A DNA stretch of 64,000 nucleotides from Chrysomallon squamiferum (taxonomy: Eukaryota; Animalia; Mollusca). Shown in pieces: positions 13,701 through 25,687 of the stretch. Made by a program: the position numbers and the translations under genes. The stretch spans positions 22,816,001-22,880,000 of the forward strand of contig CM022672.1 in NCBI GenBank assembly GCA_012295275.1. Direction: 5' to 3'. The notes under the pieces are model-generated. The model searched no databases, was not told where the DNA came from, and saw only the letters and a program-made list of their open reading frames with translations. Positions within the stretch are counted from its first letter, which is position 1. Every line of letters starts with the position of its first letter.

Positions 13701-16700
13701 TCACAAATATGCACTCATATATTTTGCACATAGTGAAAAAACAGATCTTCATTATTCAGTGCACAAAAACAAAATCTGTTGTTGTTATCTTTTAAATAAC
13801 TACTTTCAGTTTGCTAGTATGTACCTAATGGCTATATTTTTTTTTTTTTTTTTGTCAATTAATTTTTGCTAATAAATTATTTAGTAACATAATACTGATG
13901 ATAACGAAAAAAAGTTTCATAATTTCTAATATCATTTTTAATGAATGTATGCATTTTAATTCTTTTTCTTCTTGATAAAGACAAATTACACAGGGTCTGA
14001 TATATAATGGCGAAGCTACAAATGAAGGCACAGAATCTGACTTGCTGGGTTGCTGAATGTACATAGAGATTTAACTCTAATCACTTGAATGGCAAACCCT
14101 AGATCTGGATCTACAAAACAAACTGTATGACTTACCAACCAAACTACGTGCTTTTGGGCCTATCCACATGTTGGGAACGATCCATCGGTGGGCTGACTCT
14201 ACTCCAAGATATGTTTTGATGCCTTCATGAAACTCCAGAACAGGTTGAACTCCTACTCTATTGAAACCATACAATGAGCAGAGCAGGGAAATAGACATTA
14301 CCTGAAACTGAAATTAATAAGAGTACACAATTTAAAACAATGTGAGCAGAGAAGGAAGATAGTCATACTTAAAACTGAAATGAGTAAAAGTACCAAATTA
14401 AATAATAATGTTAGCAAAGTACCAAATTAAATAATAACGTTAGCACTGAAGGAATATGGATATGCTCAAAACCATGCTCATCAAACAAATATTTAGAGCC
14501 AATATTCAACGTAATTTTTAACAGTATCATATCAGCATAAGTCATAATGTATGGTCTATATTAATTTATTAAGTTAGTAACATAAGTTCAAACTCTGAAT
14601 CATTGACGAAACTATTTAAATCAAAAGAATTGTTGTTAATAACATACTGGTTGTATAAAAAGAAACAACAAGATATAATTATTATTTGTGAATATCTTAA
14701 TGTCAAATGCACGAACAGTGTCATAATAATATTAAATTTGGAATAAACAGTACATAACTTTTTTTATGGAACTGCTGGATTTCAATATGTGCAGATTATA
14801 TTTGAAGATGTAAATCAAAATTATCTCCTTATTTACATAAGTGAAATTATTTACTAGACTCAAATCTGAAAAACAGAATGTATGTGCTGATTTTTCTTTT
14901 TCATGACATGAACTACATGTACAGCAGTATTAGAAGAAAAAGCAATTTAAGTTAAATTATGACAAACATTATTTGTATTGTTTCCAAAATGGAAAACAGA
15001 ATTACCAGTATAATTATATATGTGAAAAGAGGTAAGAAATTGCCAAATGTGGTCAATTTTACTCGGATATCCAACATACTATGCTTGCTATGTTGTGAAA
15101 TGTCTCTCCTTAATGACTTCCATTTCTCTCTAGCTTTGCCTTTTGGTTTGCTGTAATATGCTTGAAAAATATATTAAACAAAATTAAAATATATTGTTCC
15201 TTCTCTTATTTAAAAAAAGGATATATTACATACAGCAATCATAAACAACAAAACAAATATGATTCAAGTAAAATTTATTGCAGATAAAAGATTTATGCCT
15301 AACTTTCCATTCAAATTTCAAATGTCTCAATCTGAGTACTAAATACAAATGTTACAAACTTAAATCAGCTTACCTTTTGCAGCCTCATATACTTCATCAA
15401 CTATATCAATTTTCCACAGATAGTCACTAACAACTTGTTGCCTGATAATCTGGAGTTTGCTTAACTGCACAGCTTTCTCTACCTGTATTTGATTAATAAT
15501 TTAAATTAAAAAATAAAACAGGAAATACAGAATAAGATGTTATTAATTAAGGATTACACATGGATTTTCATATAAATAAGGTAACGTTTCTTTAATTCAA
15601 AAGTTTCAGATGTATTTTTTGGGGGAAACCATGAATGAGTTGTTGTTTTTTAATATTATTATAATTTTGTTTGGAATTTTTTTTTTTTTTTTTTTACTGA
15701 ATTAAGAACAATTATTGCTTCAGTTAGACAGCTCAGTGTTATTGATTTTTGACCACTGCACAATAGGTGTGCTGTAGGCGTGCTGCTTGAATTTTGAGAA
15801 ATGAAAAGTTACAAAATAAAATATAGATTAAATTTTGAAGTTGGTGACACTTTCAGTTTCTAGGTATTAAAAACAGTTTTCACTCACTGCAGAAAAGAGT
15901 TTGTAATGTTTTAAGGCTTCCTCTCCAGTTAGCTGCACATCTCCTTCAACAAATTCTACATTCTGAAATGCATCAGTATGACTGTTCACTTCTCTAAATA
16001 TTTATCAGCTTTACCTTTCTACCATTCCATTCCTCCCCCAACAAAATGAAATAAGAATAAGAAAAAAATTAATGATTGTTTAAGATAATACACCAGATTC
16101 TAACAATAAACAAATATTCCCATGTAAAAAAACAAAAAAAACTTATAATTCGTCAAAAGTAATTTTTACTTTGACCAAACATGAATATTTTATTTTTTTA
16201 TGCAGTTTGCAAACTGACACAAACTAAATGCACCTACCAGAAAACTAGCATTCTCTGAATTAGACCTATTAATCATGCCATAGTCACTACTTGTTTGTGG
16301 TTCTGTAGTGCTTTCATCTGTTGTAATTTCAGCTGAATGTTCTTGATTGTTTCTTGGACTTGCTACAGCATTATTGTTGATATTTGTTTCCAATGCTTGA
16401 TTGTTGATATTCTGCTGTAAAGACTGACTGTTCATTTCTGTCTCCGAAGTAATGTTGTTGCTACCTACTTCAAAGTCCACAGGATGTACTCTGTTTGGCT
16501 TACAAAACATGGCTGAATTGTTTTCGTTGCAATGTTCTTGTTTAAGGCAACTTGTAGAAGGATGTTCTGTGGTAGGCACAGACTTTTGTTCACCATCTGA
16601 AAGCAGTACATGATAATTTTGTGATGTATCAGTTTGTTCGGATTGAGCACTTTCCAAAGCTGGTTGATGACTATGATCAACATCTTCAAGACTGCTGCAA

Positions 16701-18558
16701 GAGAGTAGTGGTGTCAGAACAGTATGTTCTTCAGGGTTTAGATTATCCTGAGCACTTTCAAATTCATTCTGGCTGATCCATTTCACACAGTGAGTGTCAT
16801 CACTCTCATCAAAACCAATGAATTTGCCAGGATCATAGGTACATTCATGGGACACAGAAGCCATATTACGAAGACTTGCAGATTCTTTTTCAATCTTTGT
16901 AATGTTTTCTTTGCTCAGAATGTGACTTGACTGCACAAATTCATCAATACTCACTGTGTGGCAGTTCTTTGCTAAAGCATGTCGGCTCTGAATTGTACCA
17001 CTTGAGAAAGCTCTAGCTGTTTGAGAACATCTCAATCTTATTGATGACTGAAACGAAGGTCTTTCCATAAATACAGAAGAGCCTGTTTCCATGTCCCCTT
17101 TTGCAGATGTATTAGCCATTGGAGAAGAACCTTTACTTTCAAAGAGATTCTGGTGTTTTGTTTTGCTGAATCTATTTAAAGGTGTTGTATCAGTTACATT
17201 TTTAGAAAATTTTCTCAAAACCCCAGGAAAACTCCATGTTGACATGACAAAAGGCAAACAACGAGATTCATTAACTACCCTATCAGGTTTGGAAATAGAT
17301 GACTCTTCTATGCTACTTGATTGTATATCTTTTTTAATTCTGGCTTCACTAGGTGGTATTTTACCTACTTTAGTATTCTGTTTCTTTTTCATAAACGATG
17401 ATAAAAATGGCATATTAATTGTCTGGGAAGATGGGCCACTTTTGTTTGATACAGATGCAAATGGCAAACTGGCAGAGCTACCAATAACACCATGTGCTGA
17501 AAATTCAACTAGATCATGCATTTCAGTTTTAGTCAGTTGATCCAAGGCTAATTGTGAAAATGCTTCTTTCATCTGACCAATAGCTTTTTCTTTCTTATGT
17601 GTTTCAGACTGCATAAAATCTGGTAATGAATTCTCAATTGATATGCCATATTGTCCTTTCTGAAATGGCAAATATATTTTTATATAAATGATCTCCAAAA
17701 ATAATTCCACTTGTAAAACAAAAAATGTGTTTAGTGGATCTTTATGAGTAAACTGCATAATTCTTTAGAAATATTTCTCATTTTACACTAATATTTTCTA
17801 GATTTTTGCTCCCTACCTCAACTCTGTAAAGTGTAAACAAAAATAAAATGAAATAAATGTTTTATATTAAACAATTCATTTTTATTTGGTATAGTCGTAT
17901 TTCCAGTATTTTCTTTTTGCAAAAAATAAAATAAATAAATAAATAAATAATAATAATAATCATAATCATAATCATAATCATAATCATAATCACAATAATA
18001 ATAATAATATATATATATATATGTATGTATTTGTGGGAACGGGTTTTCAGTAAAATCAAAAATCACAAATCAAACAAATTTGAAATGTTTGTTATTCCAT
18101 ATTATATAAAAGTCACAATTTTGCCCCTAGATAATGATTAAATAACAGATTACAATTTCATCGCTAAATATATAAATTGCTTAGTATTACACTGAGTGTA
18201 TGCAACTCAAAACAAAAAAAAAATAATAATAGTACTGTCTGCAATGATCCTACTCAATACATAATGTTCGTGTGATTTTTATCTAAATCACTGGAACTCT
18301 AAAATAAGATTTTACGTTTTGAAATAGTGATATCTTTCTAAATTAATTTCTAAATACTGCTTTTTTACAAACTTGAAAACTAAGACTGACTGAACAGACG
18401 ATATAAATTACCTGAATTTTAGTATTAAAATTTTCTTTCAGATTTTCTATATCTTCTTTATTATCCAATATACCCAAAAAGGTTTTAACTTTTCCTGCAA
18501 TTCCCCAACCATTATTATTAGAATTCTCCCACTTTTGTGTTTCACTATCCCCAATCAT
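10776..18558 (-). CDS. iRhom-like inactive rhomboid family protein (~1040 aa)
   Basis: 10 phase-consistent exons: 18558-18412, 17659-16238, 15962-15888, 15482-15374, 15160-15006, 14301-14136, 13270-13103, 12747-12569, 11919-11677, 11240-10776. Long S-rich N-terminus; TM1 PLFTYIIIL; Cys-rich iRhom homology domain (NMWIGP…GAVFGLCMRD…GCC…PCCID…FHQFAEHCSQVNC); rhomboid core (PNQWGRYFLSLIYTHGIFH…EMTIGWLR…SGINGCL…LPYITFG). Confidence 0.88.
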
Positions 18559-18905
18559 TATTTTTTTAGTTTGAAATAAATTTAAATTTTAGCGGTTCAA
18601 CAATCTTTCGGATTTATTCTTTTCAGTTCGTAAATTTATCCATAATATTAGGAAGCACCAACCATAATAAAATATTTTGCTATTTGCGAATAAATGTGTA
18701 ATGTTGTTGTTGTTGTTATTGTTACAGACTTACTATATTTTATTTTGAAATGACTCTATTGAAACGGAACTGGACATGGTCCTACCTTACGGCTAAGCTT
18801 ATGCCCATATAACCATTCTAAAGCTTATTTATGATGACTGGACATCTACCAAAAACAACAGGTATTTATATTTAAATTAACAATTATTATATCTATCGAA
18901 TTAAA

Positions 18906-18907
<2 letters not shown>

Positions 18908-18970
<63 letters not shown>
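18908..18970. repeat. (CT)n microsatellite
   Basis: Perfect dinucleotide run. Confidence 0.95.
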
Positions 18971-18975
<5 letters not shown>

Positions 18976-19369
18976 AATATGAATATTTCCATTATTATGT
19001 GATAATTATATTAAAAAGCAGATAAAAAAAAAAAAGTAAAAGATATAAAAGTAAAAAAAGTAAAAGAAGAATCTAAGTTATAATAAATTACATTTTATAA
19101 TGCCTAATTTTGTATTATATTTTAAGTTATTTTTTTAAGTTGAAACAGTTCTTTACAAATGACGATTGTACCGCGATTTTTGGCAGAAGAAATTATCCAA
19201 GAAATTGTATTTGGGATAATATCTTCTCAGTTACAAACAATAGATTTGGATACCATCAGAACGTATATTTTGTACAGCATAGCGGATCGTATTCAGTCAT
19301 GTATATATTATGATATTCTCGAAGAAAAATAACAACTAAATAATTGAGCATGATAGATAAAATTAATTA

Positions 19370-19665
19370 AGTTTAATCACAGGTCAAATTACACATTTCT
19401 GAGGCATTTTGAACCAGTTATTTGATACAGTTAACAAGCATAGACAAACAAAATCAGGCATGACAGTATTTCAGCTGTTTAATGATTTTATTGTGACTGT
19501 TCATTACATTACTTCTTTTTTTGTGTGTCATTTGAATGGATGTTATCAAATATCAACAAGACAATCAGAATTTGGAATGGCAGTCTTTACAAACTGCAAT
19601 ATGACTGTTAATCACATTACAGTACATTTTTCTGGAGCCTCTTGAATGTATGTTATCAGATACTG
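19370..19665 (-). repeat. Degenerate 3-unit tandem duplication (~110-125 bp) of the PARP C-terminal coding end and proximal 3' UTR
   Basis: Recurring plus-strand blocks TGACTGTT…ACATTAC…TTGAATG.ATGTTATCA.ATA at ~19495-19552 and 19602-19662; weaker third copy at ~19375-19430. Confidence 0.6.
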
Positions 19666-21502
19666 CGGATACATGTATGCATCATGGAAACAAACAAATA
19701 TGGTGGGATTGTCAACATCATCTACTGTGCTGTCAAATCGTTGATTCTCTAGAGGTAATTTTGGTGGCTCCTTCATTGAACGTTCACCAGTTGTAAACCT
19801 TCCTGTTAAAACACTTGTTTGAAATATATGACGGTGTCCATTGTTGTCTGGTTTGGTATATTTATTCGAGTAGCTTGAATCTTTGGCAAAATATGTTCCA
19901 TCTCCATATTTGGTCCCTTTATAGGAAAAAAAGAAAAAGAAAGAAATGGAGGATTATTTTTTAAAATGAATTGGAGATGTAAACTTTGCTTTTTTTAATT
20001 AACTTTTGACATCCTGTTTTTTTTTATCTTTGTTTTGTTTTGTTATATATACCTCACTTCAGTAAATCAAGCAGATGTACATATATGCACTAAGTAAGAA
20101 GGAGTAAATGATGACAGGATTAGAATCCTTTATCCGAGATACTTTGGATCTGAAGTATTTTGGATTTTGGAATATAAGGAGATAGGTGGTATTTTATGAG
20201 AATAAAAGTCTAATATGAATTCCATTTTTTTATATATATACAGCTTTTACAGATAGTCAGTCTGCAGAACTTTTATATACTACTTTGAATAGTTTTCTGC
20301 ATAAAATTAAATTTGTATATTCAAAAATCCTAAAACTGTGAGATATCATTATTTCTCCTCCTCAGAAAAAGTTTTGGATTTCAGAGCTCATATTTCAGAA
20401 TTTAGGATAAGGGATTCTCAACCTCTATTTATATATGTAACATGGATTTACAAGAAATGCAGCTTCACAAGTATGATAATATGAAAGTAAATAATTTAAG
20501 AGTTTAGTTTATTATTGTATCTTAATGTAATACAAACCATTTTTCCCACAGTAGTTTCTATTGAAACCATTGATACAGATTGATTCCACAACATTTCCAT
20601 CTGTCCCATGCCAGAGAAGTTTTTCATTTTGAATTCTGGGGTTCCTCCGTATCATGGCTTTTTTTGCAGCATTGTAGATGTCATAGAGATCCATGTTCTG
20701 AATACGTTCTATCTAACAAGGGTAATGAAAAATAAAATCAGGTCTAGAATCTTAAATAAAACATCACTGAAATGCCTTTTCTTTTCAAAACTAAAACTGT
20801 CTTGCACATCTTTTTATTTTAATTGTATTACTTTTTTCTTTCTCTTTTCTTTCTCAAACAGAGCTAGATCCACATGCAGAGAAATATCTGTATGTTTGTG
20901 TCTGTGTCTGTGAGTGTTTGTGTGTGTGAGTGTGTGTGTGTGTGTGTCCTTTTTGTCTGAATCCTTTTTGTCTCTCAAGAAAGATTATATTTATTACCAG
21001 CAACACTGTATTTGCATAATCATTTCAACTCACTTTAATAACTGTGGTGTTTTCTGGCATAGAATGCAGGAATCTTTGCTTTAATTCTTTATACTCTGAA
21101 TTTTGTTCATTCAGTGAAACTTTCTCATTCATTTTGTTTTTCATTGCTTTCCAATTTGATGGATATTGTCCTTTGTAAGATTAAAAAAATTAAATATTAA
21201 TAAATTATCAACAACAACAACAACACTAACAATAATAATAATAATAAATTTATCTTTAAGTTAAAAATTGACATCTACTGTTTTACTGGAGATGCATCTA
21301 GAATCATCTACTAAAATTATAAACAATAAGCAAGTTAACATCTTATTTGGAATTTGCCTTTTAGAAAAGCTTACCTAATAAACATATGTCCTGCATTTTC
21401 TAAAGGACAGTGTCTGTACATCTAGTATATATATGTATGTACACACTCACACACATACACACATGCACACACACTACATATATACAGACACTGTCCTTTA
21501 GA

Positions 21503-21543
<41 letters not shown>

Positions 21544-23333
21544 TGAAATGAGAACTATGAGACAGACCACCAAGAGGGATTGATCTGGTAACTAATCACT
21601 TTTTGAGGAGAAGCTCTACCACCAAGTTAATCCCCCTCCCACTCCATCAGTGGGTGTACTGAGTAAGAGATTGAAACCACAGTCTACCGTGCACATAGTG
21701 GTCTACCACTGAGCTAGATCCTGCCACAGTCTGATAAATGTCAGTTAAATAGCAAAGTTATGGTTCTGCTGCTTTGAGTATATAAAAGATGTTCTGTAAG
21801 ATAAATACTCTGATTAAACAGTATTTTAAACACTGATAAATATATTTTATATGTATTTATAAACTCAATGACAAATAAATGAAATATATTAAATTATTAT
21901 TTCAAACTTACCAATTCCTGAACTTATCTGTAATGATTTTTCCTCCCAGTTGTTATGATTATGTTTTGATTCCTGCAGAAAGGCCTGAAAATATGATAAT
22001 AAAAAAATGTGGTTATATTATGCTTTCTGTTAAAGTTATACCTGTGCTTGTCCAAAAAAAGCTACACACATTTTAAGACACTTTGAATATAGGTAAATAA
22101 ACATCATATCCAGAAATTATTTATTTTATATGTTACATTAATCAAGTAAACTGCCTCAAGACAGTTATGACTCCAGTCCCTTTAATTCAGTGTGTCCCAA
22201 GCCTTTTCTGGTTGCAACCCAACATAAAATCTAGTCAGAGCTGGCATCCCAAAATGTGGGTACATACAGTGTTAAGTACCAGTTGTACTGGTAATATAAT
22301 ATTTATGTTACTAACACCCAATGAAATTTAAATAAGTTTCTTCCAAGACATCCAGGCATAATTAGGAATGACCTTGCAAACCTCAGCTGGGTCATGAAAA
22401 TGGGTTTGGGAAGCATTGTTTTTATTACATACCTCTTGAACTGATTTGTTCTTTTCCTGCAGAACAAACATGACAGTTTTAACTGAAGTGTGTCTGTGGC
22501 TGTTGGCAAATCTTCTCACAGATTCAAACATACACTTGGCTACTGATCCAGGTGAATATTTCAGTTTCCCTGTTCCTAAAGCTGGAAAAGCCAAACTCCT
22601 TCTTTTCTTGCTGTCTGCTTCTGTCAGGCAGGAAGTAACAATCTTTTCCAAGTCCTAAATAATAATAAAAAATAAAAAATAAATAAAAGATAATTTAAAG
22701 ATTAGTAATATTTATTATTTCTCCAAAAAGTGCTTAAGATGTCCAGCAGTCAATATTTTCATTAACATCTCCACAGTTTAAGATTTGATTCAGGAAAGAG
22801 GAGTCTAATCCATAGAACATATCTTTTGAGATAGCATATGTTGTGTTATTAAAGAATAAGTATTAAAAAATTAAATGTAATGCCAACACACTTTTTCATG
22901 AAAACATAAACTATTACATACAATCAAAACTTTATTATAGATTAAATGTGTATTATTAAATAATCACCTTCATATTTTCTTTTTTTGGAAGAATAACACA
23001 ATACACATCCTCACACTGCAATGAACCAGTTCCTATTGTTGTGGCAATTTCGGCTGGATTGCAGCCATTAGGGTATTTTCCATAAAGATCATCCTGCAGT
23101 TGTTTACCTCCAGCCTTGAAGAGTGCTTCGGAAGCACCTGCTCTAGAGAGATTGAGTGACTCACCAACTGAGCAGACAATAACATCAGCCTGGAAAGAGA
23201 AAAGAAATATTAAATATAAAGACTGGGAACACCATAATAGATTTTTATTTGTTCCTCAAAACAAAGCTGAAATATTATATAAAACACATATGTTAGTATG
23301 TTTGTAATTTAGCACTGTGTGTATGTGTGTGCA

Positions 23334-23374
<41 letters not shown>

Positions 23375-24769
23375 AACACTAAACTGCATCATCAATAAAA
23401 AAAATGTACTAATAACCACAGAGATAGGGAAACATAACAATAGATTTTCTGTTTATGCCTTTAAATAAAGGACAGATTTAGAATGAGATATCTGGATGTA
23501 TTTTCTATATGCGTACATATGTTCATCTCAACTGTCACCATATTGTATGGGCATATACTCAGCATCATATTTCTGCATAATACAAAAAAAAAAATCATTA
23601 AATGTTAATATCTGATGTAATGGTGGTGATTATCAACAGAGTTATTACAGTAGCAGTAGCAGCATATAAACTTTATAGAAAAATAAAGTAATAATAATAG
23701 AAATAAACTTACGATTAAATACATACCATTTGCAGAGCAATGTTTCCAACTATAATCTGACAATTTATTGAAGATTTTCTTTTCTTTTTCCTTTTCTTTT
23801 TGGACAGTGAAGGTAATATCCGTGGTAAAATTCTTTCTGTAGAGGATTTTTCAATAAACTGTTGTCCTGAGTTATCAACACTGGGTCGCTCTTCTGTTGG
23901 TGGGGTCAACAATTTTGGAATGTCAGGTTCAGCTTGAAACCCTTCTGCTGAGACATGAGAATTCCCATTTACATTTACTGACAGAAATGATGAATCATCT
24001 ATAAACTTATCTCTTAAATTGCATCTGCACTGAACCAAAAGGAGCATCTATTTCATCCATTTCTGTATCTGGAATGTTCAAACAGACACCTAAAGACAAA
24101 ATAACTATAAATAAATTTGTAACATTACAAATGATTAAAAAAGCATAAAAGGTATGTTTTGAAATCCATTCAAAACATCATTCACAAATTCTTGATTTTA
24201 AAAATTTGTGCTAATATGAATACATAAAAATAATTTATATATTTTTAGATGATTATATTGTTTGTTAATCATCATGAGTCTTTGAAACAATAAAACATAA
24301 CTGTAAGAATGCATGAAGGCTAACCTTTCATATCAATTGTTTTTGGGGGGTTTTCTATTATTTTTTTTTTTAACAAATTAAAATATTCATAACAGACTGA
24401 GTGTACACATTTTGCTAATGGGAAAATGGGGAGCCGATTATTTTGATTAAAGAAAGAAAAGGTCACCTTGAATGATTGATTACCTTTGCTGAGTGGCCAC
24501 GTGATATCTTTATGGCTCTCATAAAAGACCTGATATTTATTATATATATTATTATGTTATTTTATTATCATCAATGAATGTATCTAGCATTATATAAAAC
24601 AACCACAAGGAAGTAATACAGATAGTATAACTGTACTGCTGCAGGTATATTTTAGATTGTATATTACTATACCACATTACCTGTTTCAATATCAGTTCCA
24701 TTTGGAATTGGTTCTTCATAATACATCTGAGACTGTTCAGTGAAAGTCTGGAAAATTATTAAATTTTAA

Positions 24770-24808
<39 letters not shown>

Positions 24809-25636
24809 ATGATATATAGGTGTATCTACATTTTCAAATAAAAAGAAAAAGAAAAAGAAATTTAAATATAAAAGGTAAAGAGCAATATTAATATTGTTGC
24901 TGTTGTGTCAGATATTTTGACTTCATTCCTGTAATGTTTTGTGATGTAGTACTAAAGAGCAGAAGCAGTGAAAGAAGTAGTGTAATAACATCGACTGTAC
25001 TTATAGCAGTAGCAGTAGTAGTAGAAGCAGTTGTAGTAATAGTAGTAGCAACAGTAGTGCAAATAATAGTAGTAGTAGTGATAGTAACAGAACAGTATGA
25101 CACTAGTAATAGTAATAGTAGTAGTAGTAGTATAATATTGGTGATCATAGTAGCAGTGATAGTAGTAGAATAGTACAAGTAGTAGTAGTGATAGTGTAAC
25201 AGTAGTAGTAAAAGATGTAATAATAGAAGTTGTAGTGATAGTAATGGAAGTAGAAGTAGAAGTTTACATTTTGCCCACTGCCATTTTTCCCTCCACACTT
25301 ACATTTATTTAATCATATACATACTTCTAAAAGTAGACTGTCAAGTTTTTCAGATCCTGTGCACATTGCAAAGATGACTGTTTTCAATGTTGGTGACAGC
25401 TCAACTGATGTCTGCATCTCTTCATAGTTCAGCACTGCTTCAAACATACACCTAGCAATAACATCTGGAGGATACAGCTCTGCACCTATCACTGGAAAGA
25501 CTATACTTTGATGATAATATTCTGCTTCATGTAGACATGCCAACATGGTACTGTTAATAGCCTGAAATAAATAATATTTATAACACACATTCATATTATA
25601 CATATACATACATACATACATACATACATACATACA

Positions 25637-25687
<51 letters not shown>

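Noticed and set aside
17091-17540. 149-aa antisense ORF
   Set aside because: Shadow of the large iRhom-like exon; no recognisable motif.
21660-21726. tRNA gene
   Set aside because: Only an A-box-like arm; no cloverleaf or anticodon arm; better explained as a SINE head.
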